From Cytophagales bacterium (GTDB lineage: Bacteria; Bacteroidota; Bacteroidia; Cytophagales; JAAEPT01): 64,000 bases of DNA. Both the position numbers and the translations under genes were made by a program. This document shows positions 37,598 to 47,472 of this stretch, piece after piece. The stretch lies in the NCBI GenBank assembly GCA_965224495.1, contig CBDCZI010000025.1:32586-96585 (forward strand). The letters are read 5' to 3'. The notes below the pieces were generated by a model. The model did not search any database. It was not told where the DNA came from and was given only the letters and a program-made list of their open reading frames with translations. Numbering within the stretch: the stretch's first letter is position 1; each line of letters begins with the position of its first letter.

Positions 37598-39958
37598 ATG
37601 AAAAAAGCAATTAGTATCTTGATAATTTTGATTAGTAACCTGAGTATTGCTCAACATTTGTTGCCATTAGAAGGGACACATTGGAAAGAAGTAAAGTGTA
37701 ACTATTCGACAAGTCTTTATACTGGTCAATATTTTGTTGATCATATTCGAATAGAAGGAGATACTATTATTAATGGGATGCAATATAAAAAGCTATTCGT
37801 TAGGGAAGAACTATATAAACATGCCTCTCTAACAACTCAATTTGTTGATTCATTAGTTTCATTTAATGATCAATTCTTTGGTGGTATACGAGAGGATTCT
37901 CAAAAAATTTATGTCTCATCAATATTCTATGACATTTCAATGAACGAAAAACTAATGTATGATTTTTCGGCACAAGTAGGAGATACGGTTGAGGTATGGC
38001 ATGATTTTTTTGACGGATCAGTAGTAATAGATAGTATTAATAGTATTATTGTCTCTGACGGGAGCTCTCGTAACAAATTCGTTTTAAAAAGCACCTTTGG
38101 AGATCCTTTACCAGTGTTTTGGATAGAAGGAATAGGTTCGAATTATGGGTTACTCGCTATGTACCTTCTTTATACAACTGATGAATCAAAGACACTTCGC
38201 TGTTTAACAAGAAATGATGTAATAATTTATGATTTCTTGCCTGTCCAATATGACCATTGCCTAATTTATCCAATACAAGATTGTGAATCATTCATTTTAG
38301 GGACTACCCAAGCTGAGAAACAATTAGAGGTAACAATTTATCCTAATCCAATGAGCGAGTATGCAATCTTAAAATTTAATAATTTTTTAGATGTGATGAC
38401 TAATATAGATATTTACGATATCCAAGGTGTAAGAATAAATACAACGCATAACATCACAAATAATGAAGTAATTATTAATAGAGAAAATTTATCATCAGGA
38501 CTATATTTTGTTCATTTATACTCGTGTTATGCTGACACGGTCGTAAAAGTGAGTTCTTCTGTTCAATTTACTACAACCACCTCAATCAGTCAAAGCAACC
38601 AAGCACGTATTGACGGTAATGGTCAGGTGCAAATCGCAGATGGTCAAGTTGGTTTGGTAGTTGATAATACCAGTTATTTTCCTAATGGTCCTCGTTACCA
38701 AAATGCTTTTCGCATCAACTACAACAATGATAGAATTACGGTATTAAGTGGTGGTTACTCAATAAATGGTACGGCAAAGAATAGTACCGAGGGTTATTTT
38801 GATTATTCTGATTTACAATGGACAAACTTCCAATCCGAATTCCCTACCGTAACAGATTTGGTTTCATCAGCACACAACTCGACAACTAATTTAAGTTATT
38901 ACGCAAGTTATGGCGATGGTTTATTGATGAGAAACGGAACAAGTTATACGTTGTTTAACAGCAGTAACGGTCCACTTAACCAAGCATCAAGTGGTAAAGT
39001 TTATGTTACCGATATCCAAATTGACGAAGCGGGAAATACGTGGCTGACAAATTACACCCCAAACCCTTCTGATTTTCAAAAATCTTTATTTAAGATTGAC
39101 ACAGACGGACAATGGACAGGCTATGAGATCTCACATTCGACAGGGCGTTCGGCATTATCATTTGTTATCGATAAAGATGACGTGAAGTGGATGGTTGTAA
39201 AACAAGGTTCGACAAATAGTATATTAGCATACAACCCCGAAACAGGGCATAGAAAACAGTTGACAAAATCACTATCGGCATTACCAGGTTCGGTCAACTG
39301 CCTTGATACCGACAAAAAAGGGAATATCTATATAGGGACAGACAACGGGTTGGCACAAATAAGTAACCCTTCAAGTGTCTTTACAGCCAACCCTTTTACG
39401 GTCTATGTGCCAATATTGGGTAATCAGCAGTTGCTAAAAGGGAAACATATCCACGCTATAAAAATTGATGGCGGAGGACGTTTGTGGGTAGGAACAAATA
39501 ATGGATTGTTTTTATTTAACGAAGAGTTGAGTGAGCAGATAGCATTATTTACCACCAAAAACAGTCCTTTATTAAGTAATAAAATAACAGCCATTGAAAT
39601 CGATGGAGAAACAGGTGAAGTATTTGTCTCGACGATAGAAGGTATCTTTTCTTATATGGGTTTTGCGACAGAGGCGACAGACAAAAATAAAGATGAAATT
39701 GTGATTTTTCCTAACCCTGTACGTCCCAACTACCACGGGTACGTTGCTATTCGTGGTTTAGTAAGCGATGCGAATGTGAAAATCACGGATATTAACACCA
39801 ACCTTGTACACGAAACAAATGCAGAAGGAGGGACGGCTACTTGGGATATGCGCTTGCTTTCTGGTGAAAGAGCAACAACAGGTGTTTATTTGGTTTTTAC
39901 TTCAGATGAAGAGGGAGAAGAAACTTTTGTTGGGAAAATTGCTGTAATTTCAGAATAG
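37598..39958 (+). CDS. chimeric/fused ORF: complete small T9SS cargo protein (aa 1-318) joined in frame to the C-terminal ~468 aa of a PorZ-like two-component-regulator-propeller T9SS protein
   Basis: aa 1-318 has a signal peptide (MKKAISILIILISNLSIAQ) and a full CTD (EVTIYPNPMSEYAILKF...SGLYFVHLYSCYADTVVKV) ending at 38551 with no stop. From 38552 the text is propeller-like (IYIGTDNGLAQI, RLWVGTNNGLFLF, VFVSTIEGIFSY) with its own CTD (IVIFPNPVRPNY...GVYLVFTSDEEGEETFVGKIAVISE). Confidence 0.6.
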   Translation: MKKAISILIILISNLSIAQHLLPLEGTHWKEVKCNYSTSLYTGQYFVDHIRIEGDTIINGMQYKKLFVREELYKHASLTTQFVDSLVSFNDQFFGGIREDSQKIYVSSIFYDISMNEKLMYDFSAQVGDTVEVWHDFFDGSVVIDSINSIIVSDGSSRNKFVLKSTFGDPLPVFWIEGIGSNYGLLAMYLLYTTDESKTLRCLTRNDVIIYDFLPVQYDHCLIYPIQDCESFILGTTQAEKQLEVTIYPNPMSEYAILKFNNFLDVMTNIDIYDIQGVRINTTHNITNNEVIINRENLSSGLYFVHLYSCYADTVVKVSSSVQFTTTTSISQSNQARIDGNGQVQIADGQVGLVVDNTSYFPNGPRYQNAFRINYNNDRITVLSGGYSINGTAKNSTEGYFDYSDLQWTNFQSEFPTVTDLVSSAHNSTTNLSYYASYGDGLLMRNGTSYTLFNSSNGPLNQASSGKVYVTDIQIDEAGNTWLTNYTPNPSDFQKSLFKIDTDGQWTGYEISHSTGRSALSFVIDKDDVKWMVVKQGSTNSILAYNPETGHRKQLTKSLSALPGSVNCLDTDKKGNIYIGTDNGLAQISNPSSVFTANPFTVYVPILGNQQLLKGKHIHAIKIDGGGRLWVGTNNGLFLFNEELSEQIALFTTKNSPLLSNKITAIEIDGETGEVFVSTIEGIFSYMGFATEATDKNKDEIVIFPNPVRPNYHGYVAIRGLVSDANVKITDINTNLVHETNAEGGTATWDMRLLSGERATTGVYLVFTSDEEGEETFVGKIAVISE

Positions 39959-40057
39959 AATAAGGTCCTCTTTCCTTTTATGTAAGCCTACACAAAAAGT
40001 AATCAAATTTTTACTCGTAATAGTGACAAAAAGCACCCTTTTTTATAGCAAGTTTGG

Positions 40058-40065
40058 TAACTTTG
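40058..40065 (+). promoter_or_regulatory. candidate TAnnTTTG -7 promoter box upstream of ccsBA
   Basis: TAACTTTG lies 48 nt upstream of the ATG at 40113. Motif match only. Confidence 0.3.
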
Positions 40066-40112
40066 CAAATAATAGGAGAGTCAGTGAAAATTGACCTAAT
40101 AAAGAGGTGGTT

Positions 40113-43100
40113 ATGAAAAAAACATTAAACGTATTATTCTCTACACGATTGACAGCAGTGTTGTTTGTTGTGTACTTTATCGCAATTGGTTCGGCTACTT
40201 TTATTGAAGAGGCATACGATACGGTAACTTCCAAAGTATTGGTTTATGATGCTTTTTGGTTAGAAATAGTAACGTTACTGATGGCTGTTAATTTCATTGG
40301 TAATATCGCTCGTTACCGTTTATTTCGTTTAGAAAAAATAGGTACATTGACTTTTCACTTGGCTTTTCTTATTATTATTCTCGGAGCAGGAATTACTCGT
40401 TACACAGGATACGAAGGAACTATGCCGATTCGTGAAGGAGAAACGTCAAACAAAATGTACAGTGCTGAACCTTTTTTACAGGTTGCGATTAGTGATTTGG
40501 AGGCTCGTCATACCTATGACAAGTTAATGTATCTTTCGGATGCCCCGATGGTGAATAATTCGTTTGAAATGAATGTTCAATTTAAAGAGAAAGAACCCCT
40601 AATTATTTCGTATAAAAACTTTATCAAAAATGCTGTGGAGACAGTAGAAGAAAATCAAACCGATGGTGTCGATATGATAGAAATTGTTATCGGAGGGGCT
40701 GAAGGACGTGAAGAATTATTGATTAAGAGTGGTGAAATTGTCAATATTGGAGAAATTAGCTTAGCCTACAACAATTTTGAAAATAAAAAAGCGATTGTCA
40801 TTGCCGGGAACAGTACCCAATTAACAATCACTTCGCCTCTTACGATTAACCGTTTTGCGATGCCAAGCTTTGATGCGGATACTGTTTTTGCGAATCAAAA
40901 TACAGCTTTCAAACCAATGCACTTACACCGTTTCAGTAATACACAATTTGTTTTCAAATCGGCAATAACGAAAGGTGTAAAAAGATTAAAACAAGGGACT
41001 GTTTCTCAAAATGGGACAGATGCTTTGGTTGTTAATCTTCATCAAGATGGCGTAGATAAAGAAATGATTTTATTTGGAGGAATGAATAACACACCAGCTT
41101 ACCGAGAATATGCCAATGACGGATTGCTTTACCGTATTGGTTACGGAATGAAGCAAATTACCCTACCTTTTTCGGTGAAGTGCAAAGATTTCATTTTCGA
41201 TACTTACCCTGGTTCGGCAATGCCTATGTCGTACAGAAGTGAAGTTACTGTGATTGATAAAAGAAATAACGTAACTGAAGACCACAGTATTTTTATGAAT
41301 AATGTATTGGATTATGAGGGGTATCGTTTTTTTCAATCCTCGTTTGACCCTGACAAAAAAGGAACACGTTTATCAGTCAATCACGATTTCTTAGGGACTT
41401 GGGTGACTTATATTGGTTACGCTTTATTGACTCTTGGATTTCTATTGGCTATGCTAATGAAAACTTCTCGTTTTGGAGAGTTAGGACAAAAAATAAAGGC
41501 GTTGAGGTTACAGCGTTTAGCGAGTAGTTTCGTTGTAGGGCTTATTTTGTTTACTTCACAGAATGGGTTTTCTCAGCACGAGGGACACAATCACACAGGA
41601 CATAATCACGCGGAAAGACCGACGAATACAAACCACGTGACTCAGGCACACGCCGATAAATTGGGTAAATTAATTGTCTTAGCTAAAAATGGTCGTTACG
41701 AGCCTGTGCATACATTAGCTTATGATTTTGCGCATAAACTTTCTCGTAAAGAGGAGTTTTTATTGCAGGACAGTAGTATAGCCGAGCCTATGCGTGTCTT
41801 TGCTGATATGTTGGCTAACCCACAATATTGGAGAACGCAAAAAATCATTTACATTAAAAAGAATTGTGGTGTTCAAAAAATATTGGGATTAAATACCAAT
41901 GATAAATACGCAAGTTTCACAGATTTCTTTAATAAGGGCGTAACGTACAAGTTGGGTGAACCTGCCAACAAAGCGTGGCAAAAAGCACAAGGAAAACGAA
42001 CGGTACTTGATAAAGAAATTATGAAGGTTGACGAACGTGTCAATTTGCTGTTTATGATGTTTGGCGGAGAGATGTTGAAGATTTTCCCTGCGCCAAAAGC
42101 ATCTTCTGGCGAATGGATACATTGGACAGATAGTTTAGCAAAAATCCCTTTGGCAGCAAATCCTGATAAGAGTGCAATCACTTACCAAGCAATTATGTGG
42201 AAATACATTACAGATGTAGTAAAAGCAACAAAAACGGGAGACTATACTTATGCTGATAAAATGTTAGCAGATATTTCAGCTATTCAACGAGCAGCAACAA
42301 AGGAGGGAGTGATTCCTACTGAGGAAATGGTGAAAGCAGAGATTGATTACAACAATTCAAAAATTTTTAATGGTCTAAGGAATAAATACGGAATGTTAAG
42401 TGTTCTATTACTTATCTTCACTTTACTTGAAGTGATTATTCGAAAGAAAGATTCCGTAATTTATGCTTTTCTAATAGAATTTCCTTTATGGCTTTTGATT
42501 GGTTTCTTGGCAATTTTCTTTTTACAACATACCTACGGAATGGGAATGCGTTGGTATTTGACAGGTCACGCACCTTGGAGTAATGGTTACGAAGCCTTAG
42601 TTACTATTGCTTGGGGAGGTTTATTTGCCGGTTTTATCTTTGCCCGTTATTCAAAAATAACCTTAGCGGCAACTGCACTATTGGCATTCTTTATCCTAAT
42701 GACTGCTGGGCATAGCCAATATGACCCGCAATTAACAAACCTACAACCTGTTTTAAAATCGTATTGGTTGATTATTCACGTTGCAGTGATTACGAACAGT
42801 TATGGCTTCTTTGGTTTAGGGTTTATTCTTTCGCTAATCAACTTAATTATTTCTGTTTTTAGAAATAAAAAGAACCACGAGCGTTTGACTTTATTGATTA
42901 GAGAGTTGACACATATCAACGAAATGACTTTGATTATTGGTATTGCCTTAGCTACTATCGGAACATTTTTAGGAGGTGTTTGGGCAAATGAGAGCTGGGG
43001 TCGTTATTGGGGATGGGACCAAAAAGAAACGTGGGCATTAGCGATTGTGATGTGTTACGGCTTTATTTTACATTTCCGTTTGATACCTGGGTTTAGAGGT

Positions 43101-43343
43101 GCTATTGCTTTTAATAACGGTAGTTTATGGGGCTTTGGTAGTGTGATTATGACTTTTGTTGGTGTAAACTACTACCTGTCTAAAGGCTTACATAGTTACG
43201 CAGCAGGAGACACACCTGCTTTCCCGAGTTGGATTTGGGGAATGTTAGCAGGGTTGTTTATTCTTTCTATCGTTGCCGCTTTGGTTGATAAAAGAATAAA
43301 AAAACTTGATGAAAACGAAGGATTGAATATCAAGCGAAATTGA
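40113..43343 (+). CDS. ccsBA: fused cytochrome c biogenesis protein (ResB/Ccs1-CcsA, system II CcsBA)
   Basis: ~1076 aa. N-terminal ResB-like half (TM plus large periplasmic region, FQSSFDP), then a C-terminal CcsA half with the WWD heme-handling motif WGRYWGWDQKETW and multiple TMs. Confidence 0.85.
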   Translation: MKKTLNVLFSTRLTAVLFVVYFIAIGSATFIEEAYDTVTSKVLVYDAFWLEIVTLLMAVNFIGNIARYRLFRLEKIGTLTFHLAFLIIILGAGITRYTGYEGTMPIREGETSNKMYSAEPFLQVAISDLEARHTYDKLMYLSDAPMVNNSFEMNVQFKEKEPLIISYKNFIKNAVETVEENQTDGVDMIEIVIGGAEGREELLIKSGEIVNIGEISLAYNNFENKKAIVIAGNSTQLTITSPLTINRFAMPSFDADTVFANQNTAFKPMHLHRFSNTQFVFKSAITKGVKRLKQGTVSQNGTDALVVNLHQDGVDKEMILFGGMNNTPAYREYANDGLLYRIGYGMKQITLPFSVKCKDFIFDTYPGSAMPMSYRSEVTVIDKRNNVTEDHSIFMNNVLDYEGYRFFQSSFDPDKKGTRLSVNHDFLGTWVTYIGYALLTLGFLLAMLMKTSRFGELGQKIKALRLQRLASSFVVGLILFTSQNGFSQHEGHNHTGHNHAERPTNTNHVTQAHADKLGKLIVLAKNGRYEPVHTLAYDFAHKLSRKEEFLLQDSSIAEPMRVFADMLANPQYWRTQKIIYIKKNCGVQKILGLNTNDKYASFTDFFNKGVTYKLGEPANKAWQKAQGKRTVLDKEIMKVDERVNLLFMMFGGEMLKIFPAPKASSGEWIHWTDSLAKIPLAANPDKSAITYQAIMWKYITDVVKATKTGDYTYADKMLADISAIQRAATKEGVIPTEEMVKAEIDYNNSKIFNGLRNKYGMLSVLLLIFTLLEVIIRKKDSVIYAFLIEFPLWLLIGFLAIFFLQHTYGMGMRWYLTGHAPWSNGYEALVTIAWGGLFAGFIFARYSKITLAATALLAFFILMTAGHSQYDPQLTNLQPVLKSYWLIIHVAVITNSYGFFGLGFILSLINLIISVFRNKKNHERLTLLIRELTHINEMTLIIGIALATIGTFLGGVWANESWGRYWGWDQKETWALAIVMCYGFILHFRLIPGFRGAIAFNNGSLWGFGSVIMTFVGVNYYLSKGLHSYAAGDTPAFPSWIWGMLAGLFILSIVAALVDKRIKKLDENEGLNIKRN

Positions 43344-43349
43344 TTGTCT

Positions 43350-44453
43350 ATGTTGACTCAAGAAGAATTAAAACGCTACAACAGACATATTATATTGTCC
43401 GAAGTGAAACTTGAAGGACAGGAAAAGCTACAATCAGCGAAAATATTGGTTATCGGTGCAGGAGGTTTAGGTTGTCCTGCTCTCCAATACTTGACCGCTG
43501 CGGGTGTTGGCACTCTTGGGGTGATAGATGATGACAAAATTGAATTATCGAACCTACAACGCCAAATATTATTCCGTACCGAAGATATTGGTAAATACAA
43601 AGCCGAAGTAGCCGCTGATACACTGAAAGCACTCAATCCGTTTACTGATTTTGTGGTTTACAAAGCACGTTTGACAAAAGAAAATGCACTTTCAATTTTT
43701 GAACAATATGATATTATTGTTGATGGTACAGATAATTTTGAAACAAGGTATTTGATTAATGATACTTGTGTTATTTTAAACAAGCCTTTTGTTTTTGGTT
43801 CTATTTTTAAATTTGACGGACAGGTTTCTGTTTTTAATTACCAAAACGGTCCAACTTACCGTTGTTTGTTTCCTGAACCACCCGAAGAAATGCCTAACTG
43901 TTCACAAGTTGGAGTGTTAGGCGTGTTACCAGGTATCATAGGAACTTACCAAGCCAACGAAGTGATTAAAATAGTGGTAGGTATTGGTGAAGTATTGAAA
44001 GGGAAACTATTAACAATAGATACCTTGAAAAACGAACATTATTTGATTTCTTTTACTAAAAATGAAGCGAACAATTGCACTGAGTTACTGGACGATTATT
44101 CGATTTATCAAAACAAGAACTGTGAATTAAACACTGTTTCAAGTGTGTCAGTCGATGAGTTGGCGGAAGAATTAGAAAAAGACGCCGTTTTTTTATTAGA
44201 TGTTAGAGAAGAATTTGAATATTCTATTTGCCACTTACCAGATGCTTTGTTAATTCCTTTAGGGAATATAAGTGAGGCTGTGGCACATATTCCTCGCAAC
44301 AAAAAAGTAGTTGTTTATTGTCATCACGGTATGCGAAGTCAAAGTGCTATTCAGTTTCTTTCTGCCGAATATGGGTTTAATAACCTCACCAATTTAGAAG
44401 GCGGAATTGACGAATGGGCAAGAGAGATTGATAATACAATGGAAATATATTAA
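43350..44453 (+). CDS. moeB: ThiF/MoeB-family adenylyltransferase fused to a rhodanese domain (MoeZ/MoeB-like)
   Basis: RYNRHIIL...ILVIGAGGLGCPALQYLTAAGVG (nucleotide-binding loop), C-x-x-C motif (YRCLFPEPPEEMPNCSQ), and a C-terminal rhodanese with active-site loop VVVYCHHGMRSQ. Confidence 0.85.
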   Translation: MLTQEELKRYNRHIILSEVKLEGQEKLQSAKILVIGAGGLGCPALQYLTAAGVGTLGVIDDDKIELSNLQRQILFRTEDIGKYKAEVAADTLKALNPFTDFVVYKARLTKENALSIFEQYDIIVDGTDNFETRYLINDTCVILNKPFVFGSIFKFDGQVSVFNYQNGPTYRCLFPEPPEEMPNCSQVGVLGVLPGIIGTYQANEVIKIVVGIGEVLKGKLLTIDTLKNEHYLISFTKNEANNCTELLDDYSIYQNKNCELNTVSSVSVDELAEELEKDAVFLLDVREEFEYSICHLPDALLIPLGNISEAVAHIPRNKKVVVYCHHGMRSQSAIQFLSAEYGFNNLTNLEGGIDEWAREIDNTMEIY

Positions 44454-44459
44454 TTCAGC

Positions 44460-44786
44460 TTATACAATCTTTTTTTCAGGTATTGTACCACCTGTTAGTA
44501 AAGTCAGTACTTCTTGACAAATATGTTGTATCATAAAGTGGTCAACTTCTCGAAAATGGCTTAAAAAAGCGATGTATTCCGTTTGTTTAAAATTCACCTT
44601 ATTTTGCTCTTGAGGGAACTTAAACTTAGCAAGATTTTTTTTATACCATTCAAAAAGCACCAATTTAGAAAGGCTTTCATCTAAAAAATCAAAATCGATT
44701 TCATATTTAGTCAAATAATCACTGATTACTAAATCTAAGGTAAACATTTCTTTTGCCGAAAATGTATAATTGAGTTTTTTTTGCAT
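44460..44786 (-). CDS. hypothetical protein
   Basis: 108-aa ORF starting at ATG. No recognised motifs. Confidence 0.35.
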   Translation of the reverse strand: MQKKLNYTFSAKEMFTLDLVISDYLTKYEIDFDFLDESLSKLVLFEWYKKNLAKFKFPQEQNKVNFKQTEYIAFLSHFREVDHFMIQHICQEVLTLLTGGTIPEKKIV

Positions 44787-44832
44787 ACGCTAAAATACTT
44801 TAAATCAAGCTAAAAATGAAAAAAGCAGTCTA

Positions 44833-45051
44833 TTAAGACTGCTTTTTTTGTGCTTTTGCATACGCTAAAATATTATCAATCGCTCGTTGAGGAGGTGTAA
44901 ATTCCAAACCATCGAGTGTTTCTTTCATTGTATGTAGCTCTTTACTGAGTAAATGAAGTTCTTTTGATTTTTCAATCTCAACTTCTGCTGTTTTATTGTT
45001 TTGTTGGTAGATATAATCCACCACATCATTTTGAGTAATTGTTCTAATCAT
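44833..45051 (-). CDS. small hypothetical protein translationally coupled to the ECF sigma factor gene
   Basis: 72 aa with no TM segment. Its ATG overlaps the sigma stop (TATGATTAG, 8-nt overlap). Confidence 0.4.
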   Translation of the reverse strand: MIRTITQNDVVDYIYQQNNKTAEVEIEKSKELHLLSKELHTMKETLDGLEFTPPQRAIDNILAYAKAQKKQS

Positions 45052-45625
45052 ACGCGAATTTTTCTTGTTTAATTTTCTTTCTAAGGTTAATTAAAGCGTA
45101 CCTCATTCTGCCCAAAGCAGTATTGATACTTACGCCTGTTTCTTCTGCGATTTCCTGAAAACTCAAGTCCGAATAATGTCGCATAATCAACACTTCCCGC
45201 TGTGTTTCTGGTAGCTCTTGAATAAGTTCTTTCAAACGGACATTTCTATCCTGTGTAATTTGAATACTTTCAATACTTTCGGCAGTAAACTCCATCGTGT
45301 TAAACACAGGGCTACCATCTTCCAGAATCACTGTTGGGTCACGTTTTTTCTTGCGAAAAGAATCAATAGCCATATTGTGAGCCATACGAGAAATCCAAGG
45401 GGCAAATTTCCCTTCCTCGTTATAAACTCCACGATTTATTCTATCAATTGCCTTCATAAAACATTCCTGCATCAGGTCTTCTGCTTTATAACGGTCTTTT
45501 ACAATAAGTAGTATAGTTGTGTAAACTTTTGTACTGTGGCGTTCCAATAATATTGAAAAAGCACCCTCGTTTCCATTTATATAAGACGTGATTAACTCTG
45601 CGTCTTTTTGCAACTTAGTTTGCAT
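45044..45625 (-). CDS. RNA polymerase sigma-70 family ECF sigma factor
   Basis: 193 aa. Region 2 (VKDRYKAEDLMQECFMKAIDRI...FAPWISRMAHNMAIDSFRK) and region 4 (LPETQREVLIMRHYSDLSFQEIAEETGVSINTALGRMRYALINLRK). Confidence 0.85.
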   Translation of the reverse strand: MQTKLQKDAELITSYINGNEGAFSILLERHSTKVYTTILLIVKDRYKAEDLMQECFMKAIDRINRGVYNEEGKFAPWISRMAHNMAIDSFRKKKRDPTVILEDGSPVFNTMEFTAESIESIQITQDRNVRLKELIQELPETQREVLIMRHYSDLSFQEIAEETGVSINTALGRMRYALINLRKKIKQEKFAYD

Positions 45626-45785
45626 AATATGTGCATTTTGGTAACGTAGAGTTCTATATCATTCAGTAGCCTTTAGGTTTCTATTAGGTGCGTTTTTAAA
45701 ACTAAAAAGACAAAAAATGGTCTTTCTATTTAAAACGATTATACATTATAGTGATAAAAAAGGAGAAAACCAAGAAAAGCATTAG

Positions 45786-45998
45786 CTATCCTTGTTTGTA
45801 AGGCTCTTTATCAATTTCAAAATCGGTTTCGTATATTCCCCAATTCATAAACTCATAATATATTGTCATTGCCTCATAATGGGAGGTAGCATAAAATGAA
45901 TGAATGATTTGAGCGTCTGTATTATTAGGGTTACTCGAGAAGCACAACGTGGTCAGTCCTTCCTTGTCTTTCCATATATCGTGCTTCGTCTCTTTCAT
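45786..45998 (-). CDS. small hypothetical protein
   Basis: 70-aa ORF with no recognised motif. Confidence 0.3.
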   Translation of the reverse strand: MKETKHDIWKDKEGLTTLCFSSNPNNTDAQIIHSFYATSHYEAMTIYYEFMNWGIYETDFEIDKEPYKQG

Positions 45999-46010
45999 TT
46001 ATGCTCAACT

Positions 46011-46045
46011 AAAAAACCCATTTCCAAACAAATGAAAATGGGTTT
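46011..46045 (-). terminator. rho-independent terminator downstream of serS
   Basis: AAACCCATTT ... AAATGGGTTT stem. The minus-strand transcript ends in a T6 run. Confidence 0.6.
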
Positions 46046-46068
46046 GGGTGTTTTTGTTTATAGCTAAA

Positions 46069-47346
46069 TTATTTTGTAATCATAGCCATTCCCATATAAG
46101 GAACTAACACTTTAGGAATACGAATACCTTCTTCTGTTTGGTTATTTTCTAAAATTGCCGCCAAAATACGAGGAAGAGCCAAAGCACTACCGTTTAGTGT
46201 ATGTAAAAAACGAGATTTTTTATTCTCATCTTTGTAACGCAATTTCAAACGGTTGGCTTGGTAGGTTTCAAAACTACTCACTGAACTCACTTCTAACCAT
46301 TGTTTTTGAGCTGCCGAATAAACCTCAAAATCATAAGTAATAGCCGAAGTAAAGCCGAGGTCACCACCACAAAGATTCAATACACGGTAGGGTAAATCCA
46401 ACGCTTTTAATAAGCCAGCGATATAACCTTTCATTTCTGCCAAACTCTCATCTGATTTATCAGGATGCTGAATTTGTACAATTTCTACCTTATCAAACTG
46501 ATGCAGTCTGTTTAATCCCCTGACGTGTGCACCCCAACTTCCTGCTTCACGACGAAAACAAGGAGAGTATGCCGTTACTTTTACAGGTAGTTCACTCTCT
46601 TTAAGTATCGTATCTCTAAAAATATTTGTTACAGGAATCTCTGCTGTAGGAACCAAATAAAGGTCATCTGCCGTAGCATGGTACATTTGTCCTTCTTTAT
46701 CAGGTAATTGACCTGTCGCTGTAGCCGAAGCTGCATTGACCAAAATTGGTGGTTGAATTTCTGAATAACCAGCGTCACTTGCTTGATCCAAAAAGAAATT
46801 AATTAAAGCACGTTGTATTTTTGCTCCCGCTTTTTTATAGATGGGAAATCCTGCCCCAGTGATTTTCACACCCAATTCAAAATCTATAATGTCATATTCT
46901 TTAATCAATTCCCAATGCGGTTTAGCATTGGCAGGTAGCGAGACCTCTACTTTGTGCTCAGCAACAATTTCATTATCTGTTTCTGCAACACCTGCGGGTA
47001 CAATGTCCTTTGCTACATTTGGAATAGAATAAAGTATTTCGTTCAATTCAACTTCAATTCCTTTCAGTTGTTCTTTGATTTGATTGCTTTTTTCACGTAA
47101 CTCTTTCGAGAGAGTTTTCGCTTCTTCTGCCTCCTCTTTCTTTCCCTCTTTCATCAACTGACCGATTTTTTTCGCTTGTTGATTTGCTGAAGACAAGGTT
47201 TCATCAAGTGAAAATTGTGCTTCCTTTCTTGCGTTATCTTTCAAAAGCACCTCGTCAATCGCTTCTTGTGCGTTGCTAAAGTTCTTCTTCAATAAACCCT
47301 TAATGACTTCTTCCTTATTTTCTCTAATTCGTGTAATCTCTAACAT
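46069..47346 (-). CDS. serS: seryl-tRNA synthetase
   Basis: Class II aaRS. N-terminal coiled coil, then motifs LVPTAEIPVTN, CFRREAGS and TLNGSALALPRILAAILENNQ. Likely start is MLEITRIRENK (8th codon of the ORF), giving 425 aa. Confidence 0.95.
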   Translation of the reverse strand: MLEITRIRENKEEVIKGLLKKNFSNAQEAIDEVLLKDNARKEAQFSLDETLSSANQQAKKIGQLMKEGKKEEAEEAKTLSKELREKSNQIKEQLKGIEVELNEILYSIPNVAKDIVPAGVAETDNEIVAEHKVEVSLPANAKPHWELIKEYDIIDFELGVKITGAGFPIYKKAGAKIQRALINFFLDQASDAGYSEIQPPILVNAASATATGQLPDKEGQMYHATADDLYLVPTAEIPVTNIFRDTILKESELPVKVTAYSPCFRREAGSWGAHVRGLNRLHQFDKVEIVQIQHPDKSDESLAEMKGYIAGLLKALDLPYRVLNLCGGDLGFTSAITYDFEVYSAAQKQWLEVSSVSSFETYQANRLKLRYKDENKKSRFLHTLNGSALALPRILAAILENNQTEEGIRIPKVLVPYMGMAMITK

Positions 47347-47472
47347 ATTATCGGCAGTTAATGACACAAAAATACTATTTTTTATGGCAAGGATAACTGT
47401 ATTTCCTTTTTAATCGAGAGAATATGAGTTTCCTCCTTCAAAAGGTCGCATTGCTCAAAAAAGTACAGACAC

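Noticed and set aside
36782-37657. Minus-strand ORFs 36782-37063 and 37397-37657.
   Set aside because: They run through REP-like hairpins and the promoter region of gene 37598. The translations have implausible composition.
40043-40234. 63-aa minus-strand ORF overlapping the ccsBA start.
   Set aside because: It overlaps the ccsBA promoter and 5' end, and nothing supports it.
43344-44453. The MoeB-rhodanese gene abutting ccsBA as a novel functional link.
   Set aside because: Close packing alone is weak evidence. Both are ordinary core genes and have no obvious shared pathway.
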